64,000 nt of DNA from Phycisphaerae bacterium (GCA_026386805.1 JAPLMX010000171.1:8176-72175); one strand, 5' to 3'; shown: positions 53,046-62,940, numbered from the stretch's first letter. Made by a program: numbers and translations. Notes: generated from the sequence alone by a model not told the origin.

Positions 53046-55895
53046 ATGGCCGACGAGAGACAACAACCGGATCGCGACAACCAGACGGGACCCCAAACGC
53101 GACCAGTCGCGACTGGGAAGGGCTCCCAAGTGCGGAATTCTGCACTTGGGGACCCGAACCCGGCGCCGCCTGTCACGCCGACGCCGTCCGAAGACGAGAT
53201 CTTTGGGTCTCTCTTCGCGCGGCAGCCGACACTGGATGACATCTTCGCAGGGTCCCCAACGCGATCGTCCGCGTTTAGGAAGCCCGCGTCGCAGATTGAG
53301 TTCCCATCGGAGCCGACCCGCCGCAACGCGAGGCAATTCATACTCGAGGCACTGCGGGGAAAGCAGGTGCGGCTGCATCTGAGCGGAATTCTCAACGCGA
53401 TCCTTCGCGTCTGGAAAACCAGCCCGCTGTCGACCGTCCAGAAGATCCTGGCGGTAAGCATCGTCGTCATCGCCGCCGCCGTCCTCTATGTCCTGCTCTT
53501 TAGGGCCGCTGCTCCGCTGTCTCCGGACCAGACGGCCCTGGTCCAGTCACCTTCTGGGGACCATGCAGCGCCCCAGGGGGCAAGAACGACCGCAACGGCC
53601 GAGACCGTGGAAGGGGACCCCAAACGCGACCCGTCGCGTTTGGGAACCCAAGCGAGCCTCGGAGAGCCCCGGCGCGAGGAATCGCCTCTGGGGGCCCGAG
53701 CGCTTCCCAGCCCCGAGCCGCTTTCTCTGCAGTTGGCCGACAAGCTCTACCTGCACCGGGACTTCGAGCCTGCTCTGGTCATGTACGACAAGCTCTACCG
53801 GCGGCTGCCGTCCACGGAAGAGAACCAGCCGCTGCGAGACTTCCTGCTGCTGCGCATGGCCCTGTGCAGCAGGAACAGCGGCAGCGTCGCCCAAGCCGAC
53901 AGTCTGCTGCGGACCGTGTCCTTGAGCCGGCTGCCGGTCCTGAGGGCCTTGGCACGATATCACCAGAGCACGACGCTGATGAGCCGCAATCGCTACCTCG
54001 AAGCGGCGACCAAGGCCTATCAGACGGCGGCCCTGATCGAGGTGGCCAGTTACGACAAGAAATGGGTGTTGGCCGTGCAGCAGCAGTGTGGCCTTCTGGC
54101 CGCCGAGGCCGTGAGCCGCAACTTGCTGGCGCTGTGTGACGCCGACGCCAATCTGCCCAAAGAACTGTGGAGCGAGCACCCCGACATCGATCCCTTCCTC
54201 GAGATGGATGAGCCGCAGTTGCGGGTCTTCCTGGCCGCGGGCACGGAGCAACTCGAAGGGACCGTGCTGAGCCCGCAGATTCGCCCTACCGGCGACAAGA
54301 GCGAGGTGCCGCGCTGGTCGGTGATCTGCAACGGCGCCCCGATTGAGGAGTTGTTGGCCCGGTTTGCCGCCAACGCCGCCGTGAACATCCGCTGGACCGA
54401 TGGCGACCAGGGGCTCCCCAACGCGAAAGATGGCGTTGGCGGACCCCAGGCCCCCCCGGCAGAGGACAACGTGCGGGCCAGGCCCGTCTATCTTTACTTC
54501 ACTTCGGCCACGACGCCGCAGGTGGCCACAACAGCCGCCGGAAGCGTCGGCTTGATCGCCCAGACCGATGAGAAAGGCGACATCCGTCTGCTCGACCCCA
54601 CGTCGTACACTTCTCTGGCCGACCACACCAAGCTGCTGGCCGATGAGGCGATCACCCTGTGGCAGAGATTTCTGCTGACGGCGGAGAACGATCCGCGCAG
54701 CACGAACGCCCACTTCGCCATGGCGCTGCTCCAGGCCACGCGCGGGCAGTTCGACGAGGCGATTGCCGAATACAAGCTCGTCGCCAACCGCTTCGCCAAG
54801 CACGCGCTGGCCCCCCACGCCCTGCTCCAGTCGGGCATGTTGAAGGTTCGGCTGCGTGACTACGTGGGGGCGCACGCCGACCTCAAGCAGCTCGTGGAGC
54901 TGTACCCCGACACCCCGTTGTCGGATCGAGCGTGCCTGTACTTAGCCGACGCCACGATGAAGGCGGGCTTGTACCAGGAGGCGACCGGGCTGTACCACAA
55001 AGTGTACAATATGGGCCTGTCCGTCGCATCGCAGGCGCAGTCGGCGCTGGGGGCGGGCCGGTGCCTTTATGAGACCAAGGAGTACGAGGAAGCGGCCAAG
55101 TGGCTCAGCCGGTACACCACGCTGGTGCGGGACCAGAGCCGGCCGGAGTTCTCCACCGCCTGCCTGCTGCTCGGCAAGACGTATCTGGCCCTGCACAAAC
55201 CGCAACAGGCCCAGCCGGCACTGAACCTGGCAATCAAGGGCGAGCTGTCTCATCAGCAGCACGTGGAAACCATCGCGGTGCTCGTCAAAGCGTACCTCGA
55301 ACAGGGGCTTTGCCTCGATGCGCTTAACACACTCGAAGCCACCGCCGGATGGCAGTTGTCGCAGCAGGAGGCCGTCGAGCTGGCCCTGCTGCGGGCGCAG
55401 ACGTTTCGCGCCATCGGACTGGCGGACAAGGCCGCGTCGCTGCTGGAGGAGAAGAGCCAATATCTGTCCAGCCCCGAGCTCCAGGCGCAAGTGGCGTTCG
55501 AACTGGCGAAGTGTCACCTGGAGCAAGGTGATCTCGAGTCCGCCCGCAAGACGCTCGGCGAGGCGTTCGCGGCGGTCGAGCCCGGGCCGCTGGCCGATCA
55601 GATCGGCCGCGAATTGGCCGGCGTGTGTCTGCGTCTGGGCCAAACGGAACAGGCGATTTCCGTCTGTTCGCAACTGCTGGAAGGGCTCGCGGTCCCCAAC
55701 GCAGAATCCCGCATTGGGGGGCCCCTTTCCAACGCGAAACCTGGCGCTCGGGGACCCGAGCGTAGCGCCGCCTCCGAGAGACAGACGATCCTGGCCCTGC
55801 TGGCGGATGCCTATCGCAAACAAGGCAAATACAATCAGGCCGTGGCCGCGCTGCTGGACCGCTACGAGGTCCCGGAATTGATTAAGGGTAATTGA
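53046..55895 (+). CDS. Large membrane-anchored TPR-repeat protein (start uncertain: ATG 53046 or GTG 53130)
   Basis: 949 aa. One TM VQKILAVSIVVIAAAVLYVLLF, then many TPR-like units (YKLVANRFAKHALAPHALLQSGM, YHKVYNMGLS, AKWLSRYTTL). Three REP-like palindromes are translated in frame. Confidence 0.7.
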   Translation: MADERQQPDRDNQTGPQTRPVATGKGSQVRNSALGDPNPAPPVTPTPSEDEIFGSLFARQPTLDDIFAGSPTRSSAFRKPASQIEFPSEPTRRNARQFILEALRGKQVRLHLSGILNAILRVWKTSPLSTVQKILAVSIVVIAAAVLYVLLFRAAAPLSPDQTALVQSPSGDHAAPQGARTTATAETVEGDPKRDPSRLGTQASLGEPRREESPLGARALPSPEPLSLQLADKLYLHRDFEPALVMYDKLYRRLPSTEENQPLRDFLLLRMALCSRNSGSVAQADSLLRTVSLSRLPVLRALARYHQSTTLMSRNRYLEAATKAYQTAALIEVASYDKKWVLAVQQQCGLLAAEAVSRNLLALCDADANLPKELWSEHPDIDPFLEMDEPQLRVFLAAGTEQLEGTVLSPQIRPTGDKSEVPRWSVICNGAPIEELLARFAANAAVNIRWTDGDQGLPNAKDGVGGPQAPPAEDNVRARPVYLYFTSATTPQVATTAAGSVGLIAQTDEKGDIRLLDPTSYTSLADHTKLLADEAITLWQRFLLTAENDPRSTNAHFAMALLQATRGQFDEAIAEYKLVANRFAKHALAPHALLQSGMLKVRLRDYVGAHADLKQLVELYPDTPLSDRACLYLADATMKAGLYQEATGLYHKVYNMGLSVASQAQSALGAGRCLYETKEYEEAAKWLSRYTTLVRDQSRPEFSTACLLLGKTYLALHKPQQAQPALNLAIKGELSHQQHVETIAVLVKAYLEQGLCLDALNTLEATAGWQLSQQEAVELALLRAQTFRAIGLADKAASLLEEKSQYLSSPELQAQVAFELAKCHLEQGDLESARKTLGEAFAAVEPGPLADQIGRELAGVCLRLGQTEQAISVCSQLLEGLAVPNAESRIGGPLSNAKPGARGPERSAASERQTILALLADAYRKQGKYNQAVAALLDRYEVPELIKGN

Positions 55896-56824
55896 TTATG
55901 GGTTATTGCGAACGTCGCCAATTGTCGATCCTTCTGTTGCTTTCTCTGCTGTGCGGCGGTGCAACGCTGACATGGGCCGCCGACAAAGGCAAGTCTCTTG
56001 CGGCCTCGAACCGCCGTGCCGTGCCGTCGAAGAAGCCGGCGGTGGCCGACCCTTGCGCCCCCGGCAACTCGACGATGCAGACCGACGCGGCGGCCGACCC
56101 GTCACGCAACTCGGCCTCGGCCCTGGCAAGTCTCGCGACACGGGCCAAGAATCAGACGGGCACCTCGCTGGCCGATGCGGAACGCGGCAACCCGCTGGCC
56201 CTGAAATTGTGGTCCAGCCGCGTCTCGGTCCCCGAGGTAAGCGACGATACCGAGACCAGCCTGGCTCTCCAGCGTCTGATCCGGCGGGTCCGCACTCTGA
56301 CCGTCGACCACAAAGGCCCGACCGAGCCGTCCGCGTCTGCGAACCCCCAGTTGACGGCGGAACCGCCGACACCGGTCGCCACGGGCACGGAGACCCCTAA
56401 GCCGGTCCCGGCGGAAGCTGTCGCCGCGACGGCGCCCGAAACGACGCCGACGCTGTCGCCAAAGACCCTGAAGACCCTCGAAGACCTGCGCAAGGACCCC
56501 AACCGCATCCGCGACCCGCTGGAGACGGCCGAACTGCTGTTCCTGAGCGGCCGGCCCACCGACGCCGTGCCCTTCTACGAGGAAGCCCTGCGGCGCACCC
56601 GCGCCGGCGACGCCGCCTCCGACGGGGATCGGGCCTGGGCTCTCTTTCAGCTCGGCAACTGCTTCCGCGAGACGGATATCGCCAAGGCCCAGGACGCCTA
56701 TATGAGGTTGATCGCCGAGTACCCGGACTCGCCGTGGACGGAGATGGCTCGGGCCGGCGGCCGCTTCCTCACCTGGTACCAAAGCGCGCGGCCCGATCAA
56801 TTGACGGCGGCGCGCAAACCGTAG
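55892..56824 (+). CDS. Secreted protein with C-terminal YbgF/TPR-like domain
   Basis: Signal peptide LSILLLLSLLCGGATLTWAADKG, a P/T/A-rich linker, then AVPFYEEALRRT...AWALFQLGNCFRETDIAKAQDAYMRLIAEYPDSPW. ATGA overlap with the upstream gene. Confidence 0.6.
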   Translation: MIMGYCERRQLSILLLLSLLCGGATLTWAADKGKSLAASNRRAVPSKKPAVADPCAPGNSTMQTDAAADPSRNSASALASLATRAKNQTGTSLADAERGNPLALKLWSSRVSVPEVSDDTETSLALQRLIRRVRTLTVDHKGPTEPSASANPQLTAEPPTPVATGTETPKPVPAEAVAATAPETTPTLSPKTLKTLEDLRKDPNRIRDPLETAELLFLSGRPTDAVPFYEEALRRTRAGDAASDGDRAWALFQLGNCFRETDIAKAQDAYMRLIAEYPDSPWTEMARAGGRFLTWYQSARPDQLTAARKP

Positions 56825-56849
56825 GATAACGCAGCGGGAGACACTTATC

Positions 56850-58361
56850 GTGAGCAAGATCGACGCCACCAAAAGAGGCGAAATGAGACAACACGGCGGC
56901 AACGCCACCGTGCTGATCGTGGACCATGAGCCTGTGACCATCCGGCTCATGCTCGAGATCCTGGCCCGCCGAGGGATCGTCGCCCGGTTAGCCGCCGACC
57001 GCAAAGCCGCACTCGACGCCCTCGACGGCAGCGGCTGCGACCTGGCCTTCCTCAACACGACCATCACGGGCGCCGCCCATACCGACGGCTTCAAGCTGCT
57101 CGGCGAGATTCGGGCGGCGGCCCCGGAGATGCCCGTGGTCATGATGGCCGGCCCCGCGACCGGCGCCGAGTCCAGGCTCCACTGCGGGACCCAGACGGCC
57201 GTTCGCGCGATCCAGGCGGGCTGCCGCGATTTCCTGCTCAAGCCCTTGGACGGCCGGGCCGTGGAAAACCTGTTGGATACCCTGCTGCCCAATCGCCGGG
57301 TGGCGACCGCCGCGGCGGCCCAGGAAGCAGACCATCCGCTCTATCAGATCGTGGGCAAGTGCCCCAAGCTCGTCCAGACCATCATGCTGGCCGAGAGGAT
57401 CGCCCCCACGTCGGTGCCGGTCCTGATCAGCGGTGAGAGCGGGACAGGCAAAGAGCTCATCTCGCTGCTCGTCCATTACAAAAGCCGACGGGCCTTGGGG
57501 CCGTTCGTGCGGGTCAACTGCGCCGCCCTGAGCGACAGCCTGCTGGAAAGCGAGCTGTTCGGCCATGAGAAAGGCGCGTTCACCGGCGCCTACACGCAGC
57601 GGAAAGGCCGCTTCGAGATGGCCCACGGCGGGACGCTCCTGCTGGACGAGATCACCGAGACGCCGCCCAAGTTCCAGGCCAAGTTGCTCCGCATCACCGA
57701 GCAGCAGGAATTCGAGCGGGTCGGGGGCAACGAGAACGTCCGGGTGAACGTGCGTCTGATCAGCACGACGAACCGGGACCTGCTCCACGAGGTGCAGATG
57801 GGGCGGTTCCGCCAGGATCTGTACTACCGGCTTAGCGCCGCCCGGATCGTGCTGGCGCCCCTGCGGGACCGGCGCGACGATCTGCCGGAGTTGGTGTGGC
57901 ACTTTGTGAACCTCTACGCGAAAGAGGCCCAGCGCCGCATCGAAGAGCTCGACCCCACGATGATGGAGATCTTCGCCAACTACACTTGGCCGGGCAACGT
58001 CCGCCAGTTGCGAAATGTCGTGCTGACCTCGCTGATCCTCGGCACGGGACCGGTGTTGTCCCTGGCCGACGTATCCTGGCTGTTCGACGAGCTGCAGCCG
58101 CTGCCGCAACACCGTGCCGATTTCGGATTGAACCAGACCAGCGGTCCTAATCCGCAATCCGAAATCCGCAATCCGCAATCCGAAATGGGTGTTGGCGGTA
58201 TTTCGCTCGACGAGCTGGAGCGGCAGGCCATCCTGGAGACCCTGCGGCAGACCTCCGGCAACCAGACCAAGGCCGCCAAGGTCCTGGGCATCAGCGACCG
58301 CACGCTGCGGGAGAAGATGCGACGCTACCGCCAGCAGGAATGCCTGGAGCCGGTAGCCTAA
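56850..58361 (+). CDS. Sigma-54-dependent transcriptional activator (EBP 2, NtrC/FlrC-like with pseudo-receiver)
   Basis: GTG start. REC-like VLIVDHEPVTIRLML...CDLAFLNTTITG. AAA+ [92 protein letters not shown]. Confidence 0.9.
   Translation: MSKIDATKRGEMRQHGGNATVLIVDHEPVTIRLMLEILARRGIVARLAADRKAALDALDGSGCDLAFLNTTITGAAHTDGFKLLGEIRAAAPEMPVVMMAGPATGAESRLHCGTQTAVRAIQAGCRDFLLKPLDGRAVENLLDTLLPNRRVATAAAAQEADHPLYQIVGKCPKLVQTIMLAERIAPTSVPVLISGESGTGKELISLLVHYKSRRALGPFVRVNCAALSDSLLESELFGHEKGAFTGAYTQRKGRFEMAHGGTLLLDEITETPPKFQAKLLRITEQQEFERVGGNENVRVNVRLISTTNRDLLHEVQMGRFRQDLYYRLSAARIVLAPLRDRRDDLPELVWHFVNLYAKEAQRRIEELDPTMMEIFANYTWPGNVRQLRNVVLTSLILGTGPVLSLADVSWLFDELQPLPQHRADFGLNQTSGPNPQSEIRNPQSEMGVGGISLDELERQAILETLRQTSGNQTKAAKVLGISDRTLREKMRRYRQQECLEPVA
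58118..58186. repeat. Heptamer-repeat hairpin (family C) inside the AAA+/HTH linker of EBP 2
   Basis: cgatttcggattg ... cctaatccgcaatccgaaatccgcaatccgcaatccgaaat, translated as ADFGLNQTSGPNPQSEIRNPQSEM. Confidence 0.75.
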
Positions 58362-58386
58362 AGCAAGCAAAAGGAGAAAGCCACAC

Positions 58387-58965
58387 ATGGCCGAGCAAGA
58401 GAACACCGAGAAAAGCAAGACTGCCGAGCCGTCGGCCACGAAGGCCGAAGGGCCGCTCACTAAGCTGCTGCCGTGGCTGATCCCAACCCTGGTGGTCCTC
58501 GTCTTTGCCGCCGGCGGTTTCCTCATCGGGCGATCGTTCGGGACGCGGGGCCAAGCCCAGAACGCCTCCGGCGCGGAGCCAGGCACTGCTGCGGCGGAAC
58601 CGGCCCCGTCGAAGGAGCCCCCCCTGAAGGCCAATACGGGGGAGGGCTGGTATTACGATCTCGACCCCGTCGTCGTCAACCTGAACGAGCCGGGCGTGAC
58701 CCGCTATGCTCGCGTCGGCCTGACCCTCGAAGTCGGCTCCACGATGGATGAGAAGGAGGGCCGGCCCTTCCTGGATCAGAAGAAGCCCCTGATGAAGCAC
58801 TGGCTCACTCTGTTCCTGTCCAATCAGACGACCGAGGACACCCGCGGGGAGAAGAACCTGACGCGGATGGAGAGCCAAATTTGCGAGACGTTCAATAGCA
58901 ACCTGTTCCCCTCGGCCAAGGGGCGAATCAACGGCATTCTGTTCCGGGAGTTTGCCATTCAGTAA
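58387..58965 (+). CDS. fliL: Flagellar basal-body-associated protein FliL
   Basis: 192 aa. Single TM LLPWLIPTLVVLVFAAGGFLIG, then YYDLDPVVVNLNEPGVTRYARVGLTLEV...INGILFREFAIQ. Confidence 0.85.
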   Translation: MAEQENTEKSKTAEPSATKAEGPLTKLLPWLIPTLVVLVFAAGGFLIGRSFGTRGQAQNASGAEPGTAAAEPAPSKEPPLKANTGEGWYYDLDPVVVNLNEPGVTRYARVGLTLEVGSTMDEKEGRPFLDQKKPLMKHWLTLFLSNQTTEDTRGEKNLTRMESQICETFNSNLFPSAKGRINGILFREFAIQ

Positions 58966-59957
58966 TGGCGTCATCGACCAACCATCTCGGCAGAGCGAAG
59001 ATCGGCCAGCTTCTGGCGGCCATTGGCTCAAAGCACGCGCCGGATCCGTCGTCGCCCCAGGCGGCGTCTCATGATTGGCGCGATCCGCACTACTTCAACG
59101 CGGACCATCAGGGCCGGCTTACTCAAGCCCTGGGGCAGGTGGCCGCACGGATGGCGGAGATTCTCGCCCGCGCTCGCAACAGTGCCTTCGAGGTCTCTCT
59201 CAAGGCCCTGACACAACACTACGCCGGGGATTTCTGCCACCGCATGGAGCTCGATCGGGACTATTGTCTGACCTTCGCCCCGGACAAGGCCCCCCCTTGC
59301 GGCTTCGTCTCCATCTCGCCGCAAACCACGATCGCGTGGGTCACGTGGCTCCTGGGCGACGTGGACTCGGCCCGCGACCCAAACCAGGCGCTGTCCCCTC
59401 TGGAAGAATCGCTGCTGGGCGACCTGCTGACGTTGATGCTCGAAGCGTTTCTGGCCCCCTTGCGGGCACTGCACAACCTCCGGCCCGCCGGTCCGGTGTG
59501 CCAGGGCCAGCCCAACCTTCAGTACGAACTGACGGAAGAGATCGCCAGGATCGTCTTTCAAGTCAAGAGTGCGGACGCGGGCGCACCCAGCGAAATCGCT
59601 TTGGTACTGCCTTGCAGCCGGTTGGCTGCCCTGGCGGGTAAGACGGCGGCCGCCGCCCCGGCCAAGGTCGCGCCGCAAGAGCTTTCCCACGCCCTGATGG
59701 AGCACTTGCAGCAGGTGCCCGTAACAGTCAGGGTCACACTCACCTCGACCACGCTGACGTTCCAGGAAGTCCTGGATCTCGGCCCGGGCGACATCCTGCT
59801 GCTCGATAAGCCCGTGGACGGGCCGGCGGAGCTGATCCTCGACGGCCGCACCGTCTTTCGCGGCCGTCCGGCCCAGTCTCAGGGACAGTATGCGGTAGTG
59901 ATTCTCGAATCCGAGACCGCCGGGCAACAGACAACGACGGCAAAAACATCGAAATGA
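58965..59957 (+). CDS. fliM: Flagellar motor switch protein FliM
   Basis: 330 aa. Middle domain DWRDPHYFNADHQGRLTQALGQVAARMAEIL. C-terminal SpoA-type LTFQEVLDLGPGDILLLDKPVDGPAELILDGRTVFRGRP. Confidence 0.85.
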   Translation: MASSTNHLGRAKIGQLLAAIGSKHAPDPSSPQAASHDWRDPHYFNADHQGRLTQALGQVAARMAEILARARNSAFEVSLKALTQHYAGDFCHRMELDRDYCLTFAPDKAPPCGFVSISPQTTIAWVTWLLGDVDSARDPNQALSPLEESLLGDLLTLMLEAFLAPLRALHNLRPAGPVCQGQPNLQYELTEEIARIVFQVKSADAGAPSEIALVLPCSRLAALAGKTAAAAPAKVAPQELSHALMEHLQQVPVTVRVTLTSTTLTFQEVLDLGPGDILLLDKPVDGPAELILDGRTVFRGRPAQSQGQYAVVILESETAGQQTTTAKTSK

Positions 59958-59981
59958 GCCAACGAAAGGATATGAAGGGCC

Positions 59982-60362
59982 ATGCCTGAAACAGCCAACG
60001 CTCCGACGCAAAACGAACCACAGGCTCAAGGCGAGCCGGCGGCTCAGACCGATGCCAAGACGCAGGTCCGCGAGGTCCAGTTCGCCGAGGCGCCGGCGGA
60101 CACCGGCTCGGCCGGTGCCGGCCAGTTCGATATTCTCCTCGACATGAGCGTCCCCATTTCCGTGGTCTTGGGGCAGACCCAGATTCCGATCCGCCGGCTC
60201 CTGCAACTCGGCCCCGGCTCCGTGCTCAAGCTCGAAAAGCCGATCGAGGCCCCCGCCGACCTGTACCTGAAGGATTCCAAGTTCGCGGAGGTGGACGTGG
60301 TGGTCGTCGAGGATCGATTTGCCGTGCGGATCAAGAAAATCCTGGGAGCCGTGAACCCCTAG
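59982..60362 (+). CDS. fliN: Flagellar motor switch protein FliN
   Basis: 126 aa with ILLDMSVPISVVLGQTQIPIRRLLQLGPGSVLKLEKPIEAPADLYLKDSKFAEVDVVVVEDRFAVRI. Confidence 0.92.
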   Translation: MPETANAPTQNEPQAQGEPAAQTDAKTQVREVQFAEAPADTGSAGAGQFDILLDMSVPISVVLGQTQIPIRRLLQLGPGSVLKLEKPIEAPADLYLKDSKFAEVDVVVVEDRFAVRIKKILGAVNP

Positions 60363-60410
60363 GGGCCTGTAATCCATGTGCCCGTGTGACGTAAGGACGT
60401 GAGAGGCAGT

Positions 60411-60517
60411 GTCATGCTGAACGAAGTGAAGCATCTGGCCCAGGAACGGAGACTCCGCCTGGCATCCAGGGAGACCTCCCATCTTTTGGCCGGATCCTTC
60501 GCTGCGCTCAGGATGAC
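60411..60517. repeat. Palindromic REP/MITE-like element (family G), copy 2, between fliN and flhA
   Basis: Arms gtcatgctgaacgaagtgaagcatctggcc and ggccggatccttcgctgcgctcaggatgac. Same arm family as 7179-7312. Confidence 0.8.
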
Positions 60518-60565
60518 AAATACAACGGGTGGCCCTGAGGCATAAGAGGAGTTTAAACAGGAATC

Positions 60566-62698
60566 ATGGCTTCGAACCGTGCAATGACCGCCAGTTTGCC
60601 CACCGCCCTTGCCGGCGATGACGGCGTCCTGAACACACCGTTCGCCTCGTATACGAATATCATCCTGGCGACCGGTCTGGTGACCATCCTGGCGACGTTG
60701 ATCGTCCCCCTGCCGACGATCCTGCTCGATTTGCTCCTGGCGTGCAGCATTTCGCTGTCGATCGCGGTGCTCATCGTCACGCTGTCGTCCCGGGAGACGC
60801 TGGAGCTGTCCACATTTCCCTCCCTGCTGCTGTTCACCACGCTGTTTCGCCTGTCCCTGAACGTCGCCTCCACCCGTCTGATCCTCCTGCAGGGCGACGC
60901 GGGCCGGATCATCCAGACGTTCGGCAGCTTCGTCGCCGGCGGCAGCATCGTGGTCGGCTTGGTCATCTTCCTGATCCTCGTCATCATTCAGTTTGTCGTC
61001 ATCACCAAAGGTGCCGAGCGTATCAGCGAGGTCTCCGCCCGGTTCACCCTCGACGCCATGCCCGGCAAACAGATGGCCATCGACGCCGACCTCAATGCCG
61101 GCGCGATCACGGAGTCCCAGGCCAACGAGCGCCGAGGCAAGATCGTCAAGGAGAGCGAGTTCTACGGCGCGATGGACGGTGCCAGCAAGTTCATCCGGGG
61201 CGACGCCAAGGCCAGCCTGATCATCACGGCGGTCAACCTCATCGGCGGCATCGCCATGGGCTATTCCCGCGGAATGGCCATCACCACGGCCATCAAGACC
61301 TACTCGATCCTGTCCATCGGCGACGGCCTGGTCAGCCAGATCCCGTCCGTGATCATCTCCGTCAGCTCGGGCTTTCTGGTCACGAAGATCTCTTCCAGTC
61401 ACAGCGTCGGCCAGGACTTGTCCAGGCAGTTCCTCCGCTCGGGCACCCCACTGACGACCGCCGCGTGCATCGTGGCCGCCATGGCGCTGGTGCCGGGGAT
61501 GCCAAAGGTGCAATTCCTGCTGCTGGCGGCCGGCACGGCCCTGCTCGGGAGAATGGCCACGAAGGCCGAGAAGATACCGCCCAAGCAACAGGCCGCCGCC
61601 CAGAAGAAGAAACCCGAGAAGGAACCCGTCGAGGACCTGCTCGACATGGACCGCGTTTCCGTCCACGTCGGCGTGCGGCTGATCACGATGGTGGATCCCC
61701 GCAAGAGCAATACAATTTTCGACCGCATCGGCGCCCTGCGCCGGCAATTCGCCCAGCAGATGGGGATCATCATCCCCCTGGTGCGGCTCCGAGACGACCT
61801 GAACATCGAGCCGAACTCCTACGAGATCCGGCTCTCCGAGGTCCCGGTGGCCAAAGGGTACCTGGAGCCGGAGATGTTCCTGGCGATGGACGCCGGGGCC
61901 GTCCAGGAGAAGGTGGACGGGATCAAGACGACCGAGCCGGTCTATGGTCTGCCGGCCCTGTGGATCCCGGCGGGCAAGAAAGAGGCCGCCGACCTGAACG
62001 GGTACACGGTCATCGACCCGGAATCCGTGTTCATCACGCATTTGTCGGAAACGCTCAAGCGACACGCCGACGAGATGCTCACCCGCGAGGACGTCCAGCT
62101 TTTGATCGACCGGCTGCGAAAGAACCAGCCTTCCCTGGTCGGCGAGGTCGTCGGCGCTGAGAGCGAGGTCTCCGTGGGCCTGCTGCAACGCGTGCTGCGG
62201 AACCTGCTCCGCAGCAATATTCCGATCCGCGAGCTGACGGCGATTCTCGAAGCCCTGGCGGAGAACGCCCCCAAGACCAAGAACGCGACGACGCTGACCG
62301 AAATGGTCCGCAAATCACTGAGCCGGACGATCACCGAGCAATACCGAGACACCGAGGGTAAGATCTGCGTGATCGCGTTCGATCCCGCCTTCGAGCATCA
62401 GTTGACCTCCTCGCTGCGCCAGGAGGGGGGCGAACTGGCCCTGAACGCTTCCGCCCAGACAGCGATGGAACTGAACCGGCGGGTCGCCGACGCGTGGAAG
62501 TCGGCCATGGACAAGGGCAAGGACAAGGCCGTGCTGCTGTGCGACGCCCGGCTGCGAGCGCCTCTGGCCCAGATGCTGTCGCGAACGCTGCCAATGCTGC
62601 CGGTGGTGGCGTATGACGAGATCGTCCTGGGGACTCAAGTCGAGCCCATCGAGACGATTGCAGCGACACCGGATGAAATGACGATAAGGAACGAGTGA
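60566..62698 (+). CDS. flhA: Flagellar export gate protein FlhA
   Basis: 710 aa. FPSLLLFTTLFRLSLNVASTRLIL, FVVITKGAERISEVSARFTLDAMPGKQMAIDADLNAG, and a C-terminal cytoplasmic domain. Confidence 0.96.
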   Translation: MASNRAMTASLPTALAGDDGVLNTPFASYTNIILATGLVTILATLIVPLPTILLDLLLACSISLSIAVLIVTLSSRETLELSTFPSLLLFTTLFRLSLNVASTRLILLQGDAGRIIQTFGSFVAGGSIVVGLVIFLILVIIQFVVITKGAERISEVSARFTLDAMPGKQMAIDADLNAGAITESQANERRGKIVKESEFYGAMDGASKFIRGDAKASLIITAVNLIGGIAMGYSRGMAITTAIKTYSILSIGDGLVSQIPSVIISVSSGFLVTKISSSHSVGQDLSRQFLRSGTPLTTAACIVAAMALVPGMPKVQFLLLAAGTALLGRMATKAEKIPPKQQAAAQKKKPEKEPVEDLLDMDRVSVHVGVRLITMVDPRKSNTIFDRIGALRRQFAQQMGIIIPLVRLRDDLNIEPNSYEIRLSEVPVAKGYLEPEMFLAMDAGAVQEKVDGIKTTEPVYGLPALWIPAGKKEAADLNGYTVIDPESVFITHLSETLKRHADEMLTREDVQLLIDRLRKNQPSLVGEVVGAESEVSVGLLQRVLRNLLRSNIPIRELTAILEALAENAPKTKNATTLTEMVRKSLSRTITEQYRDTEGKICVIAFDPAFEHQLTSSLRQEGGELALNASAQTAMELNRRVADAWKSAMDKGKDKAVLLCDARLRAPLAQMLSRTLPMLPVVAYDEIVLGTQVEPIETIAATPDEMTIRNE

Positions 62699-62940
62699 CC
62701 ATGCTGCTGCCCATACGACCGATTGCGGTCAGCACCGCTGTTTTGTGCTTCTTTGCCCTCGGCATCGTCGGCTCGCTGGGCGGCCTGTCGCCCTACACGT
62801 GCTGCCAGCGGGCCGTGCTGGGAGCGATGATCACGTACGTCGTGACGGCCGGCGCCGTGCGCGCCATCAATGCGATCCTGACCCAGGCTATGATCGCCGA
62901 CCGGATCCGGAAGGAGACTCCTGGTGACAGTAGAAGCTAA
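62695..62940 (+). CDS. Small two-TM membrane protein of unknown function (GTG 62695 or ATG 62701)
   Basis: 81 aa. IAVSTAVLCFFALGIVGSLGG and AVLGAMITYVVTAGAVRAI. Its start overlaps the flhA stop and its end overlaps the fliA GTG start. Confidence 0.5.
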   Translation: MTMLLPIRPIAVSTAVLCFFALGIVGSLGGLSPYTCCQRAVLGAMITYVVTAGAVRAINAILTQAMIADRIRKETPGDSRS

